A stretch of DNA of 64,000 bases. Origin: Candidatus Parcubacteria bacterium (lineage in GTDB: Bacteria; Patescibacteriota; Minisyncoccia; Phycocordibacterales; CAIJYI01). The notes beneath the pieces were generated by a model. The model was not told where the DNA came from and ran no database searches. It saw only the letters and a program-made list of their open reading frames with translations. The stretch covers positions 8,086-72,085 of the forward strand of contig JAPLYL010000004.1 of the NCBI GenBank assembly GCA_026395595.1, read 5' to 3'. The position numbers were made by a program, and so were the translations under genes. Below, one piece after another: positions 9,243-18,739 of the stretch (positions within the stretch are counted from its first letter, which is position 1; every line of letters begins with the position of its first letter).

Positions 9243-10631
9243 TTAAAATAATTTTATGAAGTGCATGCGGATAAGCTGCGATAAAAGCAGACGTTTGTAT
9301 TTTTCAGAACCTCGCGTATCGCTTATCGGAGATATTTCTGAGTCGGCGATGTTAACGGCTTCGTCAATAACCGCCTCTTCTATTTTTTTACCCTTCAGGA
9401 AATCGCAGGTTTTGGAAAGATACAAAGGAAAAGGACCGACTCCTCCGGCAGAGAGTCCGATGGCTTTTATTGTATTTTCTTTCACGGTAATGCAAGTGGC
9501 GGTATTGACGCTCGCAATATCAAGATATTTTCTTTTGGAAACTTTTTCAAAACGCAAAAAAGAATGTTCTTTCGGCATATCAAAGGTTATCCATTCAATG
9601 ATCTCATCTTCTTTTTTATCCATTTGCTTGTATCCTTTGAAAAAATCTCGGAGTTTTACTTCTCTTTTGGCGACCCCGTCACTCAAGAGAAGCATTGCAT
9701 CAAGAGCGAGAAGAAAAATAGTCATGTCACCGATAGGGGAGGCATTCACAATATTTCCGGCAATGGTCGCGCGATTCCGTATCGGAAGGGAAGCAATAAG
9801 ACGGAACACTTTTTTGCCGTCCGGAAAAATCTTTTCCAAAGCTTCCGAATTTCTCAATTCCTCAAAAGTAACCGCTCCTCCGATAAAGCATTTCCCCTGT
9901 TCCATTTTTATTTCCCGAAGGTCGGACCTTTGCGAAAGAAAAGAATATTCCGTGTCTTCAAGTTCTCCTTTTTTTTGAACGCATATATCTGTGCCTCCGG
10001 CGATAACGGTTTTGCCGGATGAAGCGAACGGAACGACCTGAATGTTTTTTATTTTTTCTTGAATATCAGAGAAGTAGAGAGGAAGAATGTTTTCTTTGAT
10101 AAGAAGTTCTCTCCGGGCAGAGCTTCCCGGTTTGGTATTTTTAAAATTGGCGACATTGAGCTTTTCAAGTATGGAGAAAAGAGCGCGTTTGATGGAAACA
10201 TATCCGGTACAGCGACACATGTTTCCTGAAATGGATTGTATCGCTTCATCTTTATCCAAGTCCGGAGTAGAGAGAAGAAATCCGGTAAGAGCGACGATGA
10301 AACCCGGCGTACAGAAACCGCATTGCGCTGCGAATTCTTTCACGAAGGTTTCTTGTATCAGACTCAATCTTTCTTGATTTAACCCTTCTATGGTGACCAC
10401 ATGTTTTCCTCCCAGTTCTCCAGTAGGAAGAAGACAAGAATTGACCGCTTTGTAATTGAGAGTTTCTCCTTTGTTTTCTCCCAAGAGAACCATACAGGCT
10501 CCGCAGTCTCCCTCCCCGCAGACCTCTTTTATCCCGCGAAGATTCAGGTTCTGGCGAATCGTTTTAAGAGTCGCTTTTCCGTCATGCAAATCAACGGAAA
10601 CTCCTCGGTCGTTGATGATAAACGTATTCAT
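9243..10631 (-). CDS. xdhA: Xanthine dehydrogenase small subunit, fused [2Fe-2S] ferredoxin and FAD-binding domains
   Basis: CGEGDCGACMV and CGFCTPG...CRCTGY 2Fe-2S motifs followed by FAD-binding (CO dehydrogenase flavoprotein-like) domain. Confidence 0.85.
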   Translation of the reverse strand: MNTFIINDRGVSVDLHDGKATLKTIRQNLNLRGIKEVCGEGDCGACMVLLGENKGETLNYKAVNSCLLPTGELGGKHVVTIEGLNQERLSLIQETFVKEFAAQCGFCTPGFIVALTGFLLSTPDLDKDEAIQSISGNMCRCTGYVSIKRALFSILEKLNVANFKNTKPGSSARRELLIKENILPLYFSDIQEKIKNIQVVPFASSGKTVIAGGTDICVQKKGELEDTEYSFLSQRSDLREIKMEQGKCFIGGAVTFEELRNSEALEKIFPDGKKVFRLIASLPIRNRATIAGNIVNASPIGDMTIFLLALDAMLLLSDGVAKREVKLRDFFKGYKQMDKKEDEIIEWITFDMPKEHSFLRFEKVSKRKYLDIASVNTATCITVKENTIKAIGLSAGGVGPFPLYLSKTCDFLKGKKIEEAVIDEAVNIADSEISPISDTRGSEKYKRLLLSQLIRMHFIKLF

Positions 10632-10737
10632 TTTATCCTTGAATGATAAGCAAATAATGTCTCTTTATCGTAGTATAAAGCGAGTTAAAAAGAAAGGGTT
10701 TTTTTGATTTTTTCTACTCTGTGATATTATATATGAT

Positions 10738-11907
10738 ATGGAAAAAATACAGGGATATGATACAGGAGAAATGTATAATTTTTCTTCAGAAATGAAAGAA
10801 ACTGCTCCGAGCAAGGTAGAGGTAATTGCTATTACCGACACACACAATGATTGTGAAGCGATTGTTCGCAATCTTCGGATACACGACATTATTGACGAAC
10901 AAGGCGAATGGAAAGAAGGGGTGAAAAATGTCCGCGTTATTCACACGGGGGATGTCGTTAATAAGACGAATCCGGACAGAAAAAGCCTTGAGTATATTAT
11001 TCATCTCAAAGAAACCGCGCCGGCAGATTGCTCGGTGGAAGTGCTTGCTGGAAATCATGAAATAGAATATCTCATGAATAGTTCCGGTGTCGCGGAAGAA
11101 GGTTCAGAAAGAAAAATGATTGCAGGTAACATGACTTTTTTGGGCGAGGATGGACCCATTTTGTATGTCCATGGACACCCATCAAGAACTTTGCTGAAAA
11201 AAATACTCTCAAAGGGGGTTATCGGATTTAATGAACAATTTAAAGAGGCGATGAATGAGTCTCTTTCTGGGAATAATGAAAAGCTCAAACGTTTTTCTTT
11301 TAAGAAAAAAGATCTGAAAAAAGACGAAAAACCGTATCAGAAAAAAGTAACGCTGGAGGATTATTACAAAGTGCACGGGCCGGAAATACAGCGAATGCTT
11401 TTGAAACTCGGATATCGGTTTGTGGTTCATGGACACGCCAGCCAGCAGGGAGGAGTCCAGAAAACGGATGAGTTTCCGGAAATGCCGGAGATAACTTTCA
11501 TAAACAACGATGTATCTGTTTCCCAGTATAAAAAATTGGAGCCGGGAGAAACAGCAGGGAATAAATGGGGGTCATTGAAAATTACTATGGCAAATGCAAA
11601 TGGAAAGAGTGCTGTTGAAGAAATAATGGTAGTGAATAAAGATACTCATGAAGAAATTGAAAAGAATATGCGAAGAAAAGGTGCCGTAGAAGATCAGATA
11701 GATTTGCTGATTGAGGATTTTTCTCGGAATGGAGAAGATTCGCTCTCTGTAAAAATAGAGGGTATGAGTAGGGAAGATTTGCTTCCTCTTGCCATAGGCG
11801 TGCAGAAATATCTGGATGAACCTTTGAAAGAGAAATCGTATGCCGGTCTTGTCGTTGCGTACGGTATGATATGCGCTCGTCTTGAAATGTTAGACGAAGA
11901 AAAATAA
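10738..11907 (+). CDS. Calcineurin-like metallophosphoesterase with extra C-terminal ~50-aa domain
   Basis: ITDTHND, GDVVNK, GNHE metallophosphatase motifs; C-terminus MSREDLLPLAIGVQKYLDEP...VVAYGMICARLEMLDEEK. Confidence 0.7.
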   Translation: MEKIQGYDTGEMYNFSSEMKETAPSKVEVIAITDTHNDCEAIVRNLRIHDIIDEQGEWKEGVKNVRVIHTGDVVNKTNPDRKSLEYIIHLKETAPADCSVEVLAGNHEIEYLMNSSGVAEEGSERKMIAGNMTFLGEDGPILYVHGHPSRTLLKKILSKGVIGFNEQFKEAMNESLSGNNEKLKRFSFKKKDLKKDEKPYQKKVTLEDYYKVHGPEIQRMLLKLGYRFVVHGHASQQGGVQKTDEFPEMPEITFINNDVSVSQYKKLEPGETAGNKWGSLKITMANANGKSAVEEIMVVNKDTHEEIEKNMRRKGAVEDQIDLLIEDFSRNGEDSLSVKIEGMSREDLLPLAIGVQKYLDEPLKEKSYAGLVVAYGMICARLEMLDEEK

Positions 11908-11932
11908 TTAAAAAAAGAATAAGATATTTTTT

Positions 11933-12241
11933 ATGAATTCATTGGAAAAAATGTGGGTGCAGGAAGAAGAAAAAGGAGATAAATTTTCGATTTTGATACA
12001 TTCTTTTATGAAGGATTTTCCACCGGCAAATTGTTCGGATGAAGAATTGAGAAAAGGGGAAGTTTCTCTTGATGCAAAGATGGCAGAAATGAACAGAGAA
12101 GACCTCCTTAATTTGGCGATGGATATACGCCAGCGTTTAGAAGAACCGCACAGTGGTTTTGCTGATGAAAACACATATGTGCGATTGGCAACGGTTTACG
12201 GAGCGGCTTGCGCTCAGCTAGAAAAGTTGGATAAGGAATAA
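11933..12241 (+). CDS. Small protein paralogous to the C-terminal domain of the upstream metallophosphoesterase
   Basis: MNREDLLNLAMDIRQRLEEP...LATVYGAACAQLEKLDKE aligns with the C-terminus of 10738..11907. Confidence 0.5.
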   Translation: MNSLEKMWVQEEEKGDKFSILIHSFMKDFPPANCSDEELRKGEVSLDAKMAEMNREDLLNLAMDIRQRLEEPHSGFADENTYVRLATVYGAACAQLEKLDKE

Positions 12242-12333
12242 GAAATAAGCAACAAGAATAAAGCAACAAGAAAAAATGGACAACAACGACCGTTCCTTTT
12301 TTCTTGTTGCTTTTTCCTTATTTCTTTTTTCCT

Positions 12334-14256
12334 TTATTTATCAAACAATAGTGTTGCCGCAAGGTTTCCTTTTACTATCAAATCCGACGCATTGGTTGCC
12401 GTCGTTTCATTCATATAGATATTTTTGCAATCGGCGAGGGGGGTGGTTTTTTGCTCCGGCATTTTAAGACAGGTTCCTGTTTCAAAAGTTCCGGCCTCAT
12501 TGAAGTTTTTGTACGCAATGGCTGGAGTAAGAATAGTCGTGATGGCGCGAGAGTAAGAATCGCGTATGGTGACTTGATGATTTTTTCCCAGCAGATCTTG
12601 CCCCATCAGCGCGGCTTTTGGAGTTACTCCGAGGAGGTTGGCTATGGTCGGATAAAAATCCAGATGACTTCCGGGAATATCATACGTTTTTCCGGGAAGA
12701 GAAGTTTCGAGGATAATAAGCGGAACGCTTCCTTCTATGCTGGAGCGAAGTTCGGGAAATACCTTACTTTCCGACGCTCCGAGAATGTTTCCGAGACCGG
12801 TCAAGCTTCCGTGGTCGCCATAGACGGCAATAAGCGATTTTTCATATTCGCCATTTTCTTTTAACACTTTGATAAATTTTCCGAGCGCTTGATCTGAATA
12901 ATGGATGCTTTGCAGATAATTTTTCTGCGTTTCATTGAATGGCGAATTTTCAGGAAAGACCAGTGTTTGATCTTTTTCGGGAATGAGAAACGGCGTATGC
13001 GAACTTAAGGTTATAAATGTCGCCATGAAAGGAGAAGGAAAGTCTTTCATTTTTGACAAAGACTGGGTGAAAAACTCTTCATCGCTTAACATCTCAAAAC
13101 CGGAATTTTTCGGAATTACAAAATCTGATTTGGTAATGGAAGTTTCGTAGCCTAACTCCGGATAGATATTGGAACGGTTCCAGAACGTCGGGACGTCGGC
13201 GTGCAAAGAATAAGTGCTGTAGCCGTTTTGTGTAAGAAGTTCAGGCAGGGCATTGTAATGGTTGTGAGCGAAATCTACGAAAGCGACAGTATTCGGGAGA
13301 GCGTAGAGGGAATTCATGGTTACGAATTCCGCGTCAGCGGTATTTCCCGGACCGACTTGCGTATAGTAATTGTTAAAATAGAAACCTTCCTTTGCGAGCT
13401 TATTCAAGTTCGGAGTAATTTCCTCCCCGTTTAATTTTTGGAAAAGGACGACGTTTTCAAGCGATTCAAATTGAACGATAATCAGATTTTTTCCTTTTGC
13501 CGCTCCGAAGTATTCACTCTTTCCGGCTCCGGGGATATTTTGCTTCCATGCTTGCACAAGTGCAATATCTTCTTCGGTGAGTTTTGTTTTACGGAAAATA
13601 AAACCGACGACATCGCTCGCGTAATAATTGAAAATTCCGGTTCTTTGTATTTTATCGGTCGGAGAGAAAGTAAAGCTGTTCAGTTCTCTTAGGGTTTGGG
13701 AAAAATTGGTAACCTTTTTCCATCCGTTTCCGTCGCCGAAAAGCACGAGGCCGTAACTGAAAAGTCCGGTAAAAAACAGAAACAAAGCCAGCCCGATTTT
13801 TTCCGTTTTGATAAGAACGGTCTTTGCTATTTTTCTTTTCTTTTCTAAAAATATCCAGAGGGCGATGACAAAAAATTGCAGAAGAAAAAAGACGAGAATC
13901 GGTTTGATAAGCTTTACGATAGTGCTTTTAATCGCTCCGGTTTGATCCGCATAGGTGAACGCCGATGCTTGCATAAAACCGCCGAAGTAAGAAAAATAGA
14001 GAGCTTGAGAAATAAAGAGGAGCGCGACAAAAAGAGAAATAATGGAGAGATATATCATCTTACCTGTTTTTTGAAATAGCGCCGACGGGCCATATAAAAA
14101 CATGCCGAGAGAGAAGGTAATGAAGATGAACTGGAAAAGATATGGGTTTGCCGGAAAATGGACAAAAAGATTGAAAATTTCATTTTGTATGACAAATAAT
14201 CCCGCAAGAACGGCAGGTAAACGAAGGGTGGAAAGAGGAAAGGATATTCGTTTCAT
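12334..14256 (-). CDS. LtaS-like phosphoglycerol transferase / sulfatase-family membrane enzyme
   Basis: N-terminal multi-TM region plus extracellular alkaline-phosphatase-superfamily domain (LIIVQFESLEN..., YSTYSLHADVPTFWNRS). Confidence 0.8.
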   Translation of the reverse strand: MKRISFPLSTLRLPAVLAGLFVIQNEIFNLFVHFPANPYLFQFIFITFSLGMFLYGPSALFQKTGKMIYLSIISLFVALLFISQALYFSYFGGFMQASAFTYADQTGAIKSTIVKLIKPILVFFLLQFFVIALWIFLEKKRKIAKTVLIKTEKIGLALFLFFTGLFSYGLVLFGDGNGWKKVTNFSQTLRELNSFTFSPTDKIQRTGIFNYYASDVVGFIFRKTKLTEEDIALVQAWKQNIPGAGKSEYFGAAKGKNLIIVQFESLENVVLFQKLNGEEITPNLNKLAKEGFYFNNYYTQVGPGNTADAEFVTMNSLYALPNTVAFVDFAHNHYNALPELLTQNGYSTYSLHADVPTFWNRSNIYPELGYETSITKSDFVIPKNSGFEMLSDEEFFTQSLSKMKDFPSPFMATFITLSSHTPFLIPEKDQTLVFPENSPFNETQKNYLQSIHYSDQALGKFIKVLKENGEYEKSLIAVYGDHGSLTGLGNILGASESKVFPELRSSIEGSVPLIILETSLPGKTYDIPGSHLDFYPTIANLLGVTPKAALMGQDLLGKNHQVTIRDSYSRAITTILTPAIAYKNFNEAGTFETGTCLKMPEQKTTPLADCKNIYMNETTATNASDLIVKGNLAATLLFDK

Positions 14257-14341
14257 TGGGCTATATTATAGCATACTTTTCCAGATTTTTAAAGTTTTTT
14301 TGTCGCTCGCAGAAAGGGTGATTTTCCTGTATCCTTTGAGT

Positions 14342-14479
14342 ATGAATACATCAAAAAATGAACATGAAAAAGAATTATCGCTCGGAGAAAGATTAAAACT
14401 AGGCGTAAGCGGAAGGCCTTGTCGTTGCGGGAAATCAAAGAAATATCCGTACTGCGACGGGAGCCATAATTCTTCATAA
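14342..14479 (+). CDS. Miniature CDGSH iron-sulfur domain protein (45 aa)
   Basis: CRCGKSKKYPYCDGSH matches the CDGSH consensus C-x-C-x2-S-x3-P-x-C-D-G-S-H exactly. Confidence 0.55.
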   Translation: MNTSKNEHEKELSLGERLKLGVSGRPCRCGKSKKYPYCDGSHNSS

Positions 14480-14553
14480 CGAGCGGTTGACGTCATTATC
14501 CTATGTGTTAGTATCGGGGTGGTAAAGAACCTTGACTTGGAAGGAGAGAAAAG

Positions 14554-15786
14554 ATGGAACCATTGAAACACCCTGAAATATCCAGACGGATTACCGAACT
14601 CAAAACGGAAAACGCCTTCGTCGTCGGTGTAGAAACCGCCGCATACGAAAAACAAACCGGCAAAAAGGTCATGAAATTTTACATCGGCCAGCCTGATTTT
14701 CCGACCCCAAAGAATATACAATTGGCGGCGATTAAGGCTGTCGTAGACGGCAAGCATGGGTATACTCCATCGGCTGGTATCCCCGAATTGAGACAAGCGG
14801 TCACTCATTATCTTTGGAGAACCCGACGACTTCCTTATGAGGCAGGAGATATTGCCATTGCAAACGGAGCAAAACCTTTTATCGGTTATGCAATCCAATG
14901 CGTGACTGAATATGGAAAAGGACATGAAGTGCTTTTCCCAAATCCCGGTTTCCCCATTTATGAATCGCAAACCTTGCTGAACGGCGCGATTCCTCGACCT
15001 CTCATGTTGTATGAAAGAAATGATTACAACTTTGATATTGACGATCTCGGCCGGCAAATGAATAAAAATACTCGTTTGCTTATCATTAATTCTCCTCAGA
15101 ACCCCACGGGTGGCGTTCTTTCTATGCAAGAGCTGATTGCCATCGTGAAAATCTTAAAAAAATGGCCCGACGTGTGGGTGTTCTCCGATGAAGTATATTC
15201 GCAAATCATTTATGACGGGCATGATTTTAACAGTATTGCCGTAATTCGTTGTATGAAGGACCGAACCATTATTTTGGATGGCGCGTCCAAAACGTATGCG
15301 ATGACTGGCTGGCGCATTGGCTATGCCGCGAATAAGCATTTGGCAAAACATTTTGGTACTCTTATAACGAATACGACTTCGTGCCCCGATCATATGGCTC
15401 AATGGGCGACCGTTGAAGCTTTGAATGGATCACAGGAAATTCCTGAAGAGATGGCGCGAATTTTTGAAGAACGGCGCAATGTTATCGTCACCGGTTTGAA
15501 TAAAATCCCCGGCGTGACCTGCCTGTTTCCCGGAGGCGCATTCTATGCGTATCCGAACATTACCGAAGCTTGCAAAATCGTCGGAGCAAAAAATAGCGAA
15601 GATTTCCGCAAAAAACTTTTGTACGAAGCATTCGTTTCTGTGACGGCTGATACGCACTTCGGCCCGCAAGTTCCGGGCGACGGGGAACACATCCGTTTCT
15701 CTTATGCCGCTTCCATGGAAGACATTGAAGAAGGTTTGAAAAGAATGAAAGAATGGATTGAAAGTTATCAATCCAAAAAAGAGTAA
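14554..15786 (+). CDS. PLP-dependent aminotransferase, class I (aspartate/aromatic type)
   Basis: SKTYAMTGWRIGY PLP-lysine motif, NPQNPTG block; GGAG Shine-Dalgarno. Confidence 0.85.
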   Translation: MEPLKHPEISRRITELKTENAFVVGVETAAYEKQTGKKVMKFYIGQPDFPTPKNIQLAAIKAVVDGKHGYTPSAGIPELRQAVTHYLWRTRRLPYEAGDIAIANGAKPFIGYAIQCVTEYGKGHEVLFPNPGFPIYESQTLLNGAIPRPLMLYERNDYNFDIDDLGRQMNKNTRLLIINSPQNPTGGVLSMQELIAIVKILKKWPDVWVFSDEVYSQIIYDGHDFNSIAVIRCMKDRTIILDGASKTYAMTGWRIGYAANKHLAKHFGTLITNTTSCPDHMAQWATVEALNGSQEIPEEMARIFEERRNVIVTGLNKIPGVTCLFPGGAFYAYPNITEACKIVGAKNSEDFRKKLLYEAFVSVTADTHFGPQVPGDGEHIRFSYAASMEDIEEGLKRMKEWIESYQSKKE

Positions 15787-15798
15787 GTAAAAAAAATC

Positions 15799-15829
15799 GC
15801 CCCGACAGAAATGTCGGGGCGTTCTTTTT
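15799..15829. terminator. Bidirectional intrinsic terminator
   Basis: gccccgaca-gaaa-tgtcggggc hairpin flanked by A- and T-runs. Confidence 0.7.
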
Positions 15830-16049
15830 ATGGCAATATGGTTGGCTGTTGCGTCGCTGGGCGTACAAAATCTTCTGTGCGCGGTGCTCCGCGATGATTT
15901 AAAATATCGGGATAAGGGCCGGTCTTGCCGTTAACTATTTGCGCAGCTCTTTCTTTCGAAGTTGGAACTGCGGTACTTTGGTCTGTTTTTCCGGCGAATG
16001 ATATGGCGCTTAACAGTATCAAAAAAACAAAAACTAACTTTTTAAACAT
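15828..16049 (-). CDS. Small secreted protein (signal peptide), unknown function
   Basis: MFKKLVFVFLILLSAISFA signal-like N-terminus; short ORF, weak support. Confidence 0.3.
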   Translation of the reverse strand: MFKKLVFVFLILLSAISFAGKTDQSTAVPTSKERAAQIVNGKTGPYPDILNHRGAPRTEDFVRPATQQPTILP

Positions 16050-16193
16050 ACGATTTCTCCTTTTTTCAGGTGCTTATTCCTGATAATAACTCTACTCTGT
16101 AATTATTATATTGTCAACTTTACAAAAGTTTTATCATGTTGTAACCTGTGAACAGCAGTATTGATTGGTCTTTGAGACGCAAAGGAGTGAAAA

Positions 16194-17231
16194 ATGATAA
16201 AAGCATTTTTTAGGAGTAAAGAATGGGCATTGTGGGCGTATGGAGGACTTTTGTTCCTCGTCATATTGCTCTATGTTCAAGTAAGCATTACGGTTCACTT
16301 GAATCAATGGCGCGGGCCGTTTAATGACCTGCTTCAACAAGCGGCGAATGGTAATCACACGGCGCAAGAATTATGGCATCAGATCTATCTTTTTATTATG
16401 ATCGTGCTTCCTTATTCAGCTGTGGCTATGGCAACAAAGTATTTTTCTCGTATCTACGGATTGCGTTGGCGGGAAGCCATTACTTTTAACTATCTCCCAA
16501 GATGGCGAAGAGTATCCGAAAAAATTGAAGGGGCAAGTCAACGTATTCAAGAGGACGCCTATTTGTTTGCGAAGATCATTGAAAGTCTGGGCATGCAATG
16601 CATGTTTGCTTTGATGACCATTTTCTCTTTTATTCCTGTTCTGTGGGCACTGAGCAGACAGGTAGATCTTCAACCGATCATCATGGAGATATCCGGAATT
16701 ACGGGGATTCCTCTTCCTTCAATTCATAATTTTGCGGGTTCGTTGGTCTGGGTCATTTTACTGATTACCGGCGTTGCTATGTATATTTCTTGGTACGTCG
16801 GTATACGATTACCGGGATTGCAATACAACAATCAAGTGGTGGAAGCAGCTTTCAGAAAAGAGCTGGTTCTTGCGGAAGACGACAAAGCGAATTTTGCTTC
16901 CATGCCGACCGTAACCGAGCTTTTCTTGGGTATCCGTTACAACTATCATCGCTTGTTCATGCATTACGGGTACTTTGATTTGTGGTCAAATACCTATATG
17001 CAGCTGATGGTCGTTCTGCCCCACATTATTGTCGGTCCCGGATTGTTTGTCGGAGCGATAACCCTCGGTACGCTTATGCGAACTGCCGATGCTTTTGATC
17101 GTGTTCACAGCAGTTTTTCCGTTATCATTGATAACTGGACGACCGTAACCGAACTTCGCAGTATTTGGAAACGTCTGCATGAGTTTGAAGCGGCGATGGA
17201 CAAATATGATTTGGGAGAGGAAGTAAAATAA
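16194..17231 (+). CDS. sbmA: SbmA/BacA-family inner-membrane peptide transporter, paralog 2
   Basis: WREAITFNYLPRWRRVSEKIEGASQRIQEDAYLFA and GLQYNNQVVEAAFRKELVLAEDD...YNYHRLFMHYGYF match E. coli SbmA blocks closely. Confidence 0.8.
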   Translation: MIKAFFRSKEWALWAYGGLLFLVILLYVQVSITVHLNQWRGPFNDLLQQAANGNHTAQELWHQIYLFIMIVLPYSAVAMATKYFSRIYGLRWREAITFNYLPRWRRVSEKIEGASQRIQEDAYLFAKIIESLGMQCMFALMTIFSFIPVLWALSRQVDLQPIIMEISGITGIPLPSIHNFAGSLVWVILLITGVAMYISWYVGIRLPGLQYNNQVVEAAFRKELVLAEDDKANFASMPTVTELFLGIRYNYHRLFMHYGYFDLWSNTYMQLMVVLPHIIVGPGLFVGAITLGTLMRTADAFDRVHSSFSVIIDNWTTVTELRSIWKRLHEFEAAMDKYDLGEEVK

Positions 17232-17346
17232 ACAGAAACAAAGGGTCTCATTGCGAGGCCCTTTTTTGCTACCATTTTTTATTTTCTTGAGTTATACTAT
17301 ATCTCCGATAAACTTCAAAACATTAATCAAATAAAATAATAACAAT

Positions 17347-17970
17347 ATGTGTTGCAAAGATAATGAGAACGAGTATTTGTGCGAGGATTACTTTGCCGGC
17401 GAGGTCGGCGATAAAGTTCCCCTATATCCGTTAAAAGCGTATCAAGGAGAGGAATTTAAAGACATCAATTTGTCCGATTATCTCGGCAAATGGCTGGTGC
17501 TGTTTTTCTATCCGGCCGATTTTACTTTTATTTGCCCGACGGAGCTGGAAGAAATGGCAGGGAAGTACGAGGACTTTAAAAAGTTGGGAGCGGAAATTCT
17601 TTCGGTAAGTACCGATACCGTATTCACGCATAAGGCGTGGCATGATACTTCGGAGGCGATAAAGAAAATTTCTTTCCCAATGGTTTCCGATAAAGACGGA
17701 GAACTTTCCAGAGCGTTTGGTACCTATATTTATGAGGGTGGCGATGCCGGACTTTCTCTTCGCGGAACATTCATCGTTGATCCGGAAGGAATTATTCGTT
17801 CTGTGGAAATTAACGACAACAGCATCGGACGAAGCGCGAAAGAACTCTTCCGCAAACTGCAGGCGGCGAAATACGTTCACGACAACGGCGGAAAACAAGT
17901 GTGTCCCGCCAGCTGGGAACCCGGCAAAGACACCCTTACTCCGGGAATAGATTTGGTAGGGAAGATATAA
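17347..17970 (+). CDS. ahpC: 2-Cys peroxiredoxin (AhpC/Tsa family)
   Basis: FFYPADFTFICPTEL peroxidatic Cys motif and VCPASW resolving Cys motif. Confidence 0.85.
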   Translation: MCCKDNENEYLCEDYFAGEVGDKVPLYPLKAYQGEEFKDINLSDYLGKWLVLFFYPADFTFICPTELEEMAGKYEDFKKLGAEILSVSTDTVFTHKAWHDTSEAIKKISFPMVSDKDGELSRAFGTYIYEGGDAGLSLRGTFIVDPEGIIRSVEINDNSIGRSAKELFRKLQAAKYVHDNGGKQVCPASWEPGKDTLTPGIDLVGKI

Positions 17971-17978
17971 AAAGAAAA

Positions 17979-18010
17979 AACCGCAAACCGAAAGGCTCGC
18001 GGTTTTTTTT
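17979..18010 (+). terminator. Intrinsic terminator after ahpC
   Basis: aaccgc...gcggtt stem followed by T8. Confidence 0.55.
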
Positions 18011-18040
18011 ATTTTTTAATTTTGATATAATGGAGCAACT

Positions 18041-18655
18041 ATGCAAACAAACTTATTTGAAATCGGACTTCCTCCGAAAAAAGTTTTTTATTTGTTTTTT
18101 GATACCGAAACGACCGGTCTTCCGAGAAGCTGGAGTGCTCCGGTAGAAGATGTTGAGAACTGGCCTCGGCTCGTTCAACTCGCGTGGGTGATGTATGAAG
18201 AGAACGGAACTCTGGCAGGGGCGGGAGACAATATCATCAAACCGGACGGATTTATTATACCTCCCGATGCCTCGCGCGTGCACGGCATTACGACCGAGAG
18301 AGCGATGAACGAAGGGGTTCCGATACGGCGGGTGTTAGAAACATTCCGTGATAAGATCGGCGAAACATCATACATTGTGGCGCACAACATTGATTTTGAT
18401 GAGAAAATTATCGGAGCTGAATTTATTCGAGCTCAGATCAAACACGAATTCTCTTTGAAGAAGAAAATCTGTACGATGAAAAGCACGGTGAACTTTTGCG
18501 CCATACCTTCCGCAAGAGGATTTAAGTGGCCTCAGCTTGCCGAACTTCACCGCAAACTTTTCGGAACGAATTTTGACGATGCCCATAATGCTGCCGCCGA
18601 CATAGAAGCCACGGCAAAATGTTTCTGGGAATTGAAAAAACTCGGAGTTTTATAG
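18041..18655 (+). CDS. DnaQ-like 3'-5' exonuclease (DEDDh family)
   Basis: FDTETTG (Exo I), HNIDFD (Exo II), HNAAADIEAT (Exo III) motifs. Confidence 0.8.
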   Translation: MQTNLFEIGLPPKKVFYLFFDTETTGLPRSWSAPVEDVENWPRLVQLAWVMYEENGTLAGAGDNIIKPDGFIIPPDASRVHGITTERAMNEGVPIRRVLETFRDKIGETSYIVAHNIDFDEKIIGAEFIRAQIKHEFSLKKKICTMKSTVNFCAIPSARGFKWPQLAELHRKLFGTNFDDAHNAAADIEATAKCFWELKKLGVL

Positions 18656-18739
18656 ACTATTTTACTTGGAGGCGAAGCCTCCAAGCAAAAGGTATAAAAA
18701 AAGGAGGGTGCGATAAGTCGCATCCTCCTTTTGCTGTGT

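Noticed and set aside
14266-15129. 287-aa minus-strand ORF
   Set aside because: Entirely antisense to the well-supported class-I aminotransferase (14554..15786) and extends across the CDGSH ORF; no motifs; shadow ORF.
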